37,864 nucleotides of DNA from a virus: IMG/VR virus record IMGVR_UViG_3300045221_000018; one strand, written 5' to 3'. The position numbers and the translations under genes were made by a program. Numbering within the stretch: the stretch's first letter is position 1; each line of letters opens with the position of its first letter. Below the pieces are notes generated by a model that was not told where the DNA came from, made no database searches, and saw only the letters and a program-made list of their open reading frames with translations. This document shows positions 15,941-23,101 of this stretch, piece after piece.

Positions 15941-16414
15941 ATGAACAAAATATTTGAAGCAAAAATAGAACTGCCTGTTAAGTTTTCGTCAGGTAATCAA
16001 ATTGAACAGGGCAAAGGTAGGATATATCGTTCTAAAAAGTACCACACTTACCATGATTATTTAAAAGCTAGTTTAGAAGATGTATTGGATGAAGTAGAAC
16101 CAACAATAACAGGTGGCGTCGCTTACTGGTTGAGAACGATGTTCATTTATCCAATTCCTAAGTCGTTAGTAGCAAGCAAAAAGAAGATGATTGAGTTTAA
16201 TTCAAGTCGCATATTACCTATCACTAGGGGAACAATTGATTTGGATAATTCAGCCAAGGGTACAAATGATGTTTTGCAAGAAGTGCTTGGGTTTGATGAT
16301 AGTCAAATTGTGAGTGAGGAGTTACATAAACGATATTGGCTAGGCGATACCTATGTATTGAAGTTGGAACTATATGAAGTCCCGAGTGGCATGGAGATTG
16401 AATTTTATGATTGA
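15941..16414 (+). CDS. rusA: RusA-family Holliday-junction resolvase
   Basis: IDLDNSAKGTNDVLQEVLGFDDSQIV matches the RusA catalytic Asp cluster pattern. Alternative GTG starts at 15881 or 15887 would put the tandem repeats inside the ORF. Confidence 0.6.
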   Translation: MNKIFEAKIELPVKFSSGNQIEQGKGRIYRSKKYHTYHDYLKASLEDVLDEVEPTITGGVAYWLRTMFIYPIPKSLVASKKKMIEFNSSRILPITRGTIDLDNSAKGTNDVLQEVLGFDDSQIVSEELHKRYWLGDTYVLKLELYEVPSGMEIEFYD

Positions 16415-16760
16415 TAGGAAAAAACAAAAACGACTATACGATAAATTTGTCGTTAGGTATGAACAAGGTTGGGGACTGGATAAGATAGCCAACGCTTTGG
16501 GCATAGATGAAACTGAATTAGCTGGCAATGGTTATTTAGGAAGATTAAACCGTGAAATGGCAAGTGAACAGCGGGGCCATAAGATTGACCGCAAATTAAT
16601 GTATGAGTTGATTCACTTATTAGAAAAGCGTTATCACGTTGGAAAACATGTTGATATTGACGGTGTTAGAAGTTACATCATTCGATTCGATGACAGAACG
16701 ATACCAAATGATGATCCTGATTTTATCAGATTACAAAAAGTGGTTCACGCTAATCACTAG
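16407..16760 (+). CDS. hypothetical protein with HTH-like segment
   Basis: ATG 16407 overlaps the rusA stop. GWGLDKIANALGIDETELAG is HTH-like. Confidence 0.45.
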   Translation: MIDRKKQKRLYDKFVVRYEQGWGLDKIANALGIDETELAGNGYLGRLNREMASEQRGHKIDRKLMYELIHLLEKRYHVGKHVDIDGVRSYIIRFDDRTIPNDDPDFIRLQKVVHANH

Positions 16761-16775
16761 AACAAACAGCCGAGG

Positions 16776-17153
16776 GTGAAAAGACTGAAAGCCCGTCTAA
16801 AAATGAGAAATATTTTTAAGATTTCAGTAGTAATTGCCTTTGTATTAGGCGGAATATTCTTAATTAAATCAGCGGTAGATGCTTATAAGCAACCACACGT
16901 TAGATCTGGTGAGATAACTAATTTATATGTAAAAAACAAGCGTGATGATAGTGATTTTTTTATCGTGCTAAACGATGATGAGGTCATCAAAAATGATGAT
17001 AGCTTTCTATTTGGTAAGTTCAACAGTGCTGATATTCAAGCCAAATTATCTGTAGGCGACAAGGTGAACATAAAAACAGCTGGCTTTAGAAACAACCTAT
17101 TTAGTCAGTATGAAAATTTAGTGTCTGTTAAGAAAGCAGGTAATGGCAAGTGA
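16776..17153 (+). CDS. membrane-anchored hypothetical protein
   Basis: 125 aa with N-terminal TM segment ISVVIAFVLGGIFLI. Confidence 0.5.
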   Translation: MKRLKARLKMRNIFKISVVIAFVLGGIFLIKSAVDAYKQPHVRSGEITNLYVKNKRDDSDFFIVLNDDEVIKNDDSFLFGKFNSADIQAKLSVGDKVNIKTAGFRNNLFSQYENLVSVKKAGNGK

Positions 17154-17338
17154 AACATGAAATTGATGACATCATTGCTGTCACTAGAAATTTACAACTC
17201 ATCCAAAGCGATTTTGAGCTCATGGAAACTATGACGCATCAAAAAGATGATTTTAAATTGCAGCGGCAAACGCTGTTTAATGAAATTTGGGATTTTTTAG
17301 GAGTAGAGGCTAATGACAAAGCTTACACAGCTGAATGA
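17150..17338 (+). CDS. hypothetical protein (62 aa)
   Basis: Track ORF with a 4-nt overlap on the upstream gene. Confidence 0.45.
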   Translation: MKHEIDDIIAVTRNLQLIQSDFELMETMTHQKDDFKLQRQTLFNEIWDFLGVEANDKAYTAE

Positions 17339-17441
17339 ATTCGCTGAAAGCCGTGGCTATCGTGACTGGATCGAATTTAAGGCGTATGAAGAACCTGAAA
17401 CGGTGCAAGAAGCACGCAAGATGATTGAGAGGGGCTATTAA
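17313..17441 (+). CDS. small hypothetical protein (42 aa), below the track cutoff
   Basis: ATG 17313 preceded by GGAGTAGAGG. Ends at TAA 17439..17441, which overlaps the next ATG. Confidence 0.3.
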   Translation: MTKLTQLNEFAESRGYRDWIEFKAYEEPETVQEARKMIERGY

Positions 17442-17549
17442 TGGATAACGAAGATGAAAATGGTGGTCACGGATATATGGAATTTGGCAGCATAGGCAGT
17501 GCTGTCGTGCAGGTATTTCGTGCAGATGATAATGACGGAGGTGAAGTTT

Positions 17550-17972
17550 ATGAGTGATAAATATGTGGTGTCGCAGGAGTTTATGGATGAGTTGGAAGAG
17601 TGGAAACAACAAGGAAATACTGAGGAATATTTGGTTGGCTGGTATGACATATCAGTGTTACCAGATGACGTTAAACGTTGGTGGACCTACCCAGAAATAA
17701 ACAATTTCGAAACTAACAACCGCCTAATCGCAATCATTCGTTGGGTGAACGGTGAAGATGTATTTGAAGTTGATAAACCTAAGAAGTGGGTTGTGAGAAG
17801 TAAAGAACCACAAGGCAGTGTAGATGGTAAGCCACTTTATGGATGGTTTGTTGATGAGTATACAGTAGAACTAGAAGCAACTATGCCACCTTATGTCGAC
17901 CGTTTCAACACCCGTGAAGAAGCCGAGAGTTGGGCTAATTCGCATCAGGAAGTTGTTGAGGTGGAAGAATAA
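17550..17972 (+). CDS. hypothetical protein (140 aa)
   Basis: Internal ATG of track ORF 17499.., preceded by GGAGGTGAAG. Stop overlaps the next start. Confidence 0.55.
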   Translation: MSDKYVVSQEFMDELEEWKQQGNTEEYLVGWYDISVLPDDVKRWWTYPEINNFETNNRLIAIIRWVNGEDVFEVDKPKKWVVRSKEPQGSVDGKPLYGWFVDEYTVELEATMPPYVDRFNTREEAESWANSHQEVVEVEE

Positions 17973-18397
17973 TGAGAGAGATTAAATTTAGAGCATGGGA
18001 CAAAGCATTAAAAATTATGGGTCGGGTAGTTGAGTTATCGTTTGCTGACAACGGCAAGGTTTTTAAACCAGCTGTTGCCCGTGTTCAAAATTTACGTGAC
18101 TTTGGTCAGGTGGAGCACTATGTCACGTCTGACGAAATTGAGAACCAACTTTATATTGAACAGTACACGGGACTCAAAGACAAAAACGGTGTTGAAATTT
18201 ATGAAGGCGATATTATTCAGACTAATGAAAGTTTAGTACAGACCGTTGTAGGGATTACACCAATTTACATTAACGAAAATATCTATACATTAGTACAAGC
18301 AACAAAATCATTGTCTGGTGAAATTTTCATTCTTGATAATAGTGATGTTGTGATTGGTAATATCCACGAGAACCAAGAGTTGTTGGAGGTTGATTAG
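17972..18397 (+). CDS. YopX-family protein
   Basis: The N-terminal signature MREIKFRAWDK and YTGLKDKNGVEIYEGDI are typical of YopX. Confidence 0.7.
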   Translation: MREIKFRAWDKALKIMGRVVELSFADNGKVFKPAVARVQNLRDFGQVEHYVTSDEIENQLYIEQYTGLKDKNGVEIYEGDIIQTNESLVQTVVGITPIYINENIYTLVQATKSLSGEIFILDNSDVVIGNIHENQELLEVD

Positions 18398-18696
18398 TGA
18401 TGATATATGACGCTGTAAAGCACCCTAAGCACTATTTATTGAGTGATGGTACAGAAGTGAAAGACCATATCAATAGTATCGTAGGGGACATGCTAGGACG
18501 TTCAGCATGGAAAGCTGCTAATGTGATTAAGTACGTGGCACGAGCTGATAAAAAGAATGGCTTAGAAGATTTAAAAAAGGCACGTGAATATATTGACATG
18601 TTAATTGAGGATAAAGAAAAATGCACAAAAATTATGAAACACCAAAATATGTCGTTTCTAACACGCTTGCGAGAGATATTGACGGTAAAGCACTAG
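18397..18696 (+). CDS. DUF3310-like protein
   Basis: VKHPKHY...NVIKYVARA..K.....DL.KA..YI pattern. Confidence 0.5.
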   Translation: MMIYDAVKHPKHYLLSDGTEVKDHINSIVGDMLGRSAWKAANVIKYVARADKKNGLEDLKKAREYIDMLIEDKEKCTKIMKHQNMSFLTRLREILTVKH

Positions 18697-18800
18697 TTAC
18701 GGCAAGCGGAAACGATTTAGAAGAATTATTGAGTGCTTATCACGGCAAGGCGTATCAGATTATGAAAGTTAAATCATTGAGTGATCGGGAGGAATGGTAA
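18621..18800 (+). CDS. hypothetical protein (59 aa), one residue below the track cutoff
   Basis: ATG 18621 with GAGGA 9 nt upstream. TAA 18798..18800 overlaps the next ATG (taATG). Overlaps the tail of the 18397 ORF. Confidence 0.4.
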   Translation: MHKNYETPKYVVSNTLARDIDGKALVTASGNDLEELLSAYHGKAYQIMKVKSLSDREEW

Positions 18801-19165
18801 TGACGTTTGATGAAGTGGTTGAAATTATTTGGGGCAACATATTGGGCATAGATGCATCTGATGAACCAGGTAAGAAAGATTTTATTATTAAAGACGATAT
18901 GGTTGCTACTGGTCGTGAAGGTTTGACTTTTTTAATTATGGAATTAAAAGACACTTATGCACCAACTATTGAGATGACGCATTACGAAAAGCAAGTATTT
19001 GACAGCTGGTTAAAGGAAGATGATTTTGATACACCTTTTTCTGGTTTCCTACACCATCTAGGTGAATTAGGTGGATATGAAGATAGAGGATTATTCTTAG
19101 ATTTATCAGAAAAAGATTTAATGCAAGCGTGGTTGCATCCAGAAACGATTAAAGTAGTTGACTAA
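18800..19165 (+). CDS. hypothetical protein (about 121 aa)
   Basis: Track ORF 18794..19165. ATG 18800 is coupled to the upstream stop. Confidence 0.55.
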   Translation: MTFDEVVEIIWGNILGIDASDEPGKKDFIIKDDMVATGREGLTFLIMELKDTYAPTIEMTHYEKQVFDSWLKEDDFDTPFSGFLHHLGELGGYEDRGLFLDLSEKDLMQAWLHPETIKVVD

Positions 19166-19181
19166 AAGGGAGATTAGATTA

Positions 19182-19877
19182 ATGAGTTATTTAAAGTGGT
19201 TAGGAACAGAATTAAAGAGTATTAATACAGCTGGTGGTGTGATGTTGGCATTTATTGTCGGCGTACAATTAGCATTCTACTTGTCAGCACCGATTACAGG
19301 GCTATCAACGATTACACTGGTGGCAACTTTGGTTGGTTCAGCATGTACTGTTTATATGTCACTTGGAAAGCCAATTAATGGACTGCTAGGACTAATCAGT
19401 GCGATTGGGTTCATCTACATTAATTGGACCGCAGGACACTATGCGAGTGTGTTAGATCAATTAGTATTTATTGCATTGATTGACCTGCCGTTAATCTTCA
19501 CGTGGAAAACGTGGGGACACAAAGTTGAAAATGGTGTGAAGTTCTTAACTAAAACAGGTTGGCTATTAACAATTGCTTTCATCTTAATCGCTTGGTACCC
19601 GATGATGTTGGCTTATCAAACATTAGGCGATACTAATCCACTTTGGGACAGCATCGTGTTGATTATTGGAGCAATGGCTAGTTTGTATGTATTCAAAGGT
19701 TACGGCGATAGCTACACACTTTGGTTGGCATCTGATGCCGTTAATATTCTGCTATGGGTATCAGCGCTATTTGCAGGATATTCAGCAAGTTCACTGCCAA
19801 TGCTACTAACTATGAGCTTCTACCTTGCAACAGCCTTATATGGTCGTTTCTGGAGCATTTGGCGAGGTAATAAGTAA
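19182..19877 (+). CDS. pnuC: PnuC-like nicotinamide riboside/NMN transporter
   Basis: About 231 aa and multi-TM. NPLWDS...NILLWV...YGRFWSIW resembles the conserved PnuC segments PFWDS...NWLLWV...GxxxW. ATG 19182 has an upstream SD. Confidence 0.6.
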   Translation: MSYLKWLGTELKSINTAGGVMLAFIVGVQLAFYLSAPITGLSTITLVATLVGSACTVYMSLGKPINGLLGLISAIGFIYINWTAGHYASVLDQLVFIALIDLPLIFTWKTWGHKVENGVKFLTKTGWLLTIAFILIAWYPMMLAYQTLGDTNPLWDSIVLIIGAMASLYVFKGYGDSYTLWLASDAVNILLWVSALFAGYSASSLPMLLTMSFYLATALYGRFWSIWRGNK

Positions 19878-19952
19878 ATGGATAAGTTAATCGTATTAGT
19901 GTTCTTTCTGATGCTTATAGCGATTGCTTTAATGGGGTATTGGTTGGTATGA
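19878..19952 (+). CDS. 24-aa hydrophobic peptide (possible)
   Basis: ATG directly follows the pnuC stop. Sequence MDKLIVLVFFLMLIAIALMGYWLV. Confidence 0.25.
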   Translation: MDKLIVLVFFLMLIAIALMGYWLV

Positions 19953-20164
19953 GAACTTACTATTTTTTTAAAGGAAAAGACGGTTGGTTTCGAGATAGTT
20001 ATACGCAAGCAGGAGATTTGGTTTGGGTGCAAGTAACTGATATTAAAAAAGCCTATCGAGTATCTAGTGCGTGGTTGATTAAGCACATGGTATCAGATGA
20101 ACTATCTGGTTATGAGTATCAAGTTGAAAGGCGCAATCGTAAGTATGAACTGATTGAGGAGTAG
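19949..20164 (+). CDS. hypothetical protein (71 aa)
   Basis: Track ORF 19940.., ATG at 19949. Confidence 0.45.
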   Translation: MRTYYFFKGKDGWFRDSYTQAGDLVWVQVTDIKKAYRVSSAWLIKHMVSDELSGYEYQVERRNRKYELIEE

Positions 20165-20166
20165 GC

Positions 20167-20607
20167 ATGGCAGATAAATTGGATAAGCTATTGAGTGATT
20201 ACTTCACAGGTGTTTTAGATGCCAACATTAAATTACGTAGAGCAGAATTGAAATATTTTAGTAAGCATGTACCAGATGAAAATATCGGTGGCGGACGTAA
20301 ACAGAATGATTATAGTAATCCAATTGAGTTGTCTATGATCCGTGAAGAAGATGATGACGAGTTGAGCGCTTGGATTTGGCAAAAGGAAATCATTGATATG
20401 TGGTATGAATTAACAGTTGAACCGCAACGAACAATATTGTCTGAACGTTATGGTCGTAAGAAAAGCTGGTTAGCAATTTCATTGATTGTACATGCTGATG
20501 AGCGTACATGTAGGGAATGGCGAGATAGATTCAAGCAGGGAGTAGGAGTTTGGTTAAGTGATACACCTGAGAGGGTGCACCGTTTTAATTCCATTAACCA
20601 CCCGTAA
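20167..20607 (+). CDS. late-gene transcriptional activator (RinA/ArpU type)
   Basis: 146 aa. It is the last early-region gene before the HNH and terminase genes. C-terminal HTH-like segment SWLAISLIVHADERTCREWRDRF. Confidence 0.5.
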   Translation: MADKLDKLLSDYFTGVLDANIKLRRAELKYFSKHVPDENIGGGRKQNDYSNPIELSMIREEDDDELSAWIWQKEIIDMWYELTVEPQRTILSERYGRKKSWLAISLIVHADERTCREWRDRFKQGVGVWLSDTPERVHRFNSINHP

Positions 20608-20610
20608 CGA

Positions 20611-20630
20611 CTGATATATCAGCCTATAAT
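20611..20630 (+). promoter_or_regulatory. palindrome CTGATATATCAG followed by TATAAT (-10-like, no good -35): candidate activator-dependent late promoter
   Basis: Perfect 12-bp palindrome at 20611..20622. TATAAT at 20625..20630. Confidence 0.35.
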
Positions 20631-20724
20631 AGGTATTGTGGAAAGTTGGTTAGTTAGTCACACAGTCGTAAATTGACGCTTTGCTTAATATGCTAAAACA
20701 ACAACAACTAACCAATGATTCATA

Positions 20725-20836
20725 GCAAGCGTGGCGGAATAGGTAAACGCTAGTCACAAGTAAAAGCAGTACATTAGCTGAGGCGTGTACGTGACGATAC
20801 GTAAGTAATGTTAGGTGCGAATCCTAACCGCTTGTA
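20725..20836 (+). tRNA. class II (Leu-like) tRNA-like element with a non-canonical, expanded anticodon arm
   Basis: Acceptor gcaagcg/cgcttgt. U8. D-arm GGCGGAATAGGTAAACGC is nearly identical to bacterial tRNA-Leu D-arms. Variable arm is tac-GTAA-gta. T-arm is ttagg-TGCGAAT-cctaa. No 7-nt anticodon loop is present. Confidence 0.45.
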
Positions 20837-21089
20837 TAGTAAGTTAATGTAAATGTACGTAATAGGCAACACCGAGTATGTCCGTCATGAGGACGCCTTA
20901 ACTAGCTAGGCATTACATACTTACGAAAGTCCACGGTAACTCGTGGCATACCACAAACGAAAGTATGAAGGTGACTGTCTTGCACAACATTATGGCAGGA
21001 CAGAATACTAGTTATCACTTTAATTATTAGTTGTGGATAAACGATAGAAACTAACATAGTTATCAGTGCAGGGCACGTTACTATCGTTG

Positions 21090-21153
21090 GCAATAGCAGG
21101 TGGTCTTATTTCTTAATTGGAATTATGCAAGGTTCGAATCCTTGGCTATTGCG
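21090..21153 (+). ncRNA. tRNA-like acceptor/T-arm minihelix (64 nt, no D-arm)
   Basis: gcaatagc (21090..21097) pairs with gctattgc (21145..21152). Canonical T-arm caagg-TTCGAAT-ccttg at 21128..21144. Confidence 0.5.
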
Positions 21154-21162
21154 TAAGACACA

Positions 21163-21193
21163 AGGTTATCCAATCGGGTAGCCTTTTTATTTT
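21163..21193 (+). terminator. rho-independent terminator
   Basis: aggttatcc / gggtagcct stem (two G-U pairs), loop aatc, then tttttatttt. Confidence 0.75.
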
Positions 21194-21214
21194 GCACTGA
21201 AAAGGAGTAAAGAT

Positions 21215-21514
21215 ATGAACTTATACAAGATTAGCCAAGACGTGAATAATGACTGGGATACATTTGATTCCGCTGTTGTGGTTGCTAACAGCGCTGAAGA
21301 GGCTAAGAAGATTATTCCATATTTTACAAATCAAAACATTGACACTTTGTCTAATCTCCCATTTTTGGATTTGATATGTGGAGATCATAATAGCACCGAT
21401 AAGTGGGCGAAACCAGAAGATGTGAAAGTTGAATTAATTGGCGTTGCCGATAATGATTTCTTAGATAGTTTAGACGGACGAACAACGGTTGTTGCTAGTT
21501 TCAACGCAGGGTAA
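21215..21514 (+). CDS. hypothetical protein (99 aa)
   Basis: Track ORF with SD AAAGGAG upstream. Confidence 0.6.
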   Translation: MNLYKISQDVNNDWDTFDSAVVVANSAEEAKKIIPYFTNQNIDTLSNLPFLDLICGDHNSTDKWAKPEDVKVELIGVADNDFLDSLDGRTTVVASFNAG

Positions 21515-21526
21515 AGGGGTATTGAT

Positions 21527-21712
21527 ATGAATAAGCTAATTAAATATGCATTGGTATTAACTGTTATTACAGTTTTTCCTGCAGGTGTTATCACATTGTT
21601 TGCACATTTTGGTTTAGATGAGTATATGCAAGGTGTGGTAAGTGCAGCGATAGGATATATGGCCATTCAAATGACTGATGAATATTTTAAGGATAAGGAG
21701 TACGACCAATGA
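21527..21712 (+). CDS. small membrane protein (61 aa)
   Basis: Two hydrophobic segments. SD AAAGGGG upstream. Confidence 0.5.
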   Translation: MNKLIKYALVLTVITVFPAGVITLFAHFGLDEYMQGVVSAAIGYMAIQMTDEYFKDKEYDQ

Positions 21713-21921
21713 AAATTATTGTTGTAGTATCGAAACCAAATAAATATGACAGAGACGGAGTTAGATTGATGACACCACGACAGGTGTTGAAAGCCGATGG
21801 GTTAAAGATAGACGACTATGTATTGTCATCTGAAGTTCTTCATAATACTAATGCTGATGTATTAAAAAAGATTGATGATCATTTATCTAATGCGATGGTG
21901 ACAAGTAATGTGAGGTTATAA
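21709..21921 (+). CDS. hypothetical protein (70 aa)
   Basis: Track ORF with a 4-nt overlap on the upstream gene. Confidence 0.5.
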   Translation: MKIIVVVSKPNKYDRDGVRLMTPRQVLKADGLKIDDYVLSSEVLHNTNADVLKKIDDHLSNAMVTSNVRL

Positions 21922-21928
21922 GATGTAG

Positions 21929-22501
21929 ATGATTAAAGATAAAGAATACGGTCTGGTATCTGGTTGGGAAGAACTGAAGATACTAAGGAGATTAGATAAG
22001 AGTATGAGAGTACATAGATGTGCAGAGATAGGATGCAGGGAACTAATCAAGTTGGGCTGGGACTATTGCGAACCACATTATAAGAAACGTGTTGGCAACT
22101 ATGTGAAGATAAGCAATGCTAATCGTGAACAGTATGCTAAGACTTTGAGAGGTCAAGCTAAGACAGCTGAACGAGCTAAGGACTATGACGCCACAAGGCG
22201 ACAGGAGCTTCACAGTGGATTTTATAATAGCAAGCAATGGTATAAGGTTAGTGACTACGTAAAACAGCGTGACGGCTATTCTGATGCGATTAACGGCATG
22301 CTATGGAGTAAAGGGGACTTAATTGTTGACCATATTGTGCCTAGACGGCTATTACCAGCTGAAAAACAGTTAGATACTGATAATTTGTGGCTATTAACAA
22401 GGGAACAACATAATCACAAGACATCAGTTGAAAATAAATTGAATGAAAATGTATTAAAGCATGCAAAGCGTGAGTGGTGGATAAAAGTTTTGTCGAAGTG
22501 A
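21929..22501 (+). CDS. HNH endonuclease (terminase-associated)
   Basis: DHIVPRR...N...LT..QHNHKT HNH motif, plus Cys/His pairs CAEIGC..C..H. Immediately upstream of cos and terS. Confidence 0.8.
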   Translation: MIKDKEYGLVSGWEELKILRRLDKSMRVHRCAEIGCRELIKLGWDYCEPHYKKRVGNYVKISNANREQYAKTLRGQAKTAERAKDYDATRRQELHSGFYNSKQWYKVSDYVKQRDGYSDAINGMLWSKGDLIVDHIVPRRLLPAEKQLDTDNLWLLTREQHNHKTSVENKLNENVLKHAKREWWIKVLSK

Positions 22502-22633
22502 AAAAATATTTTACAAAATTTTAAAAATACCCCCGCCCCTGAGTGAGTAGAGATAACCGAATATCAAGAGTTCCCACCTCTTACACACGCTGCAGTTATA
22601 ATTATTTTTCAAATATCGAAAGGAGGTGATTAC
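22502..22633. other. candidate cos / packaging-recognition region
   Basis: Intergenic between the HNH and terS genes. An isolated GC-rich run cccccgcccctgagtgagtagag lies in otherwise AT-rich DNA. Confidence 0.4.
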
Positions 22634-23098
22634 ATGACACGAAAAGCAAAAATCACTAATGATGAGGACGAACGCAAGGATCAACGTGAACGAACTGACA
22701 AGTTGAAGCAAACCTTACAAGGAAAGGCTAAATTACCAGTTGAAGCACCTAAGCATTTGACTGGATATGCCAAAGACTTGTGGGAAGTCATCGTTCCTGA
22801 ATTAAATGAAACAGGTTATGTCATCAATGTGGATAGTTCAGAAGTTGAGACATTGGCTATGAATTATCAAATGTTGCGACAAGCGTATGAATCAGTTAAG
22901 TCGATTGGTATTACGTATGAAGCTGGCGATAAGATTTTTAAGAACCCAGCAGTTAGCATTATCGATTCAGCAACTAAGGTTATTAAGTCAATTGGTAGCG
23001 ATTTAGGTTTGAGTCCACAATCACGTGCCACTCTAATCGATATGGCAAGCAGTGAAGATGATTCAGAAAATGACTTAGCAGATTATTTCAAGGGGTAA
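22634..23098 (+). CDS. terS: terminase small subunit (P27 family)
   Basis: Pattern L...AK.LW..IVPEL...G......D...LE.LA..Y......NPA......GLSPQSRATL. Position upstream of terL. Confidence 0.75.
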   Translation: MTRKAKITNDEDERKDQRERTDKLKQTLQGKAKLPVEAPKHLTGYAKDLWEVIVPELNETGYVINVDSSEVETLAMNYQMLRQAYESVKSIGITYEAGDKIFKNPAVSIIDSATKVIKSIGSDLGLSPQSRATLIDMASSEDDSENDLADYFKG

Positions 23099-23101
23099 GC
23101 A

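Larger units (their letters stand above)
20637..21193 (+). ncRNA. candidate large structured RNA (about 555 nt) containing two tRNA-like modules, family unassigned
   Basis: No sense-strand ORF in 20608..21214. At least eight perfect or near-perfect helices (coordinates in findings). Ends in a rho-independent terminator. Confidence 0.6.

Noticed and set aside
20673-20700. TTGACG hexamer as the -35 of a sigma-70 promoter for the second RNA
   Set aside because: No acceptable -10 lies at 16-18 nt. It also falls inside the loop closed by the 10-bp helix 20646-20655/20706-20715, which implies that transcription starts further upstream.
20902-21093. 63-aa minus-strand ORF inside the second non-coding region
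   Set aside because: It has no SD and is antisense to the surrounding operon. It spans several of the strong helices. The Cys/Val-rich sequence looks random, so the RNA interpretation explains the locus better.
21090-21153. Calling the TTCGAAT-containing element a bona fide tRNA gene
   Set aside because: It is only 64 nt, no D-arm can be formed, and the best anticodon-like stem is 3 bp with a pyrimidine at position 37. I kept it as a tRNA-like minihelix.
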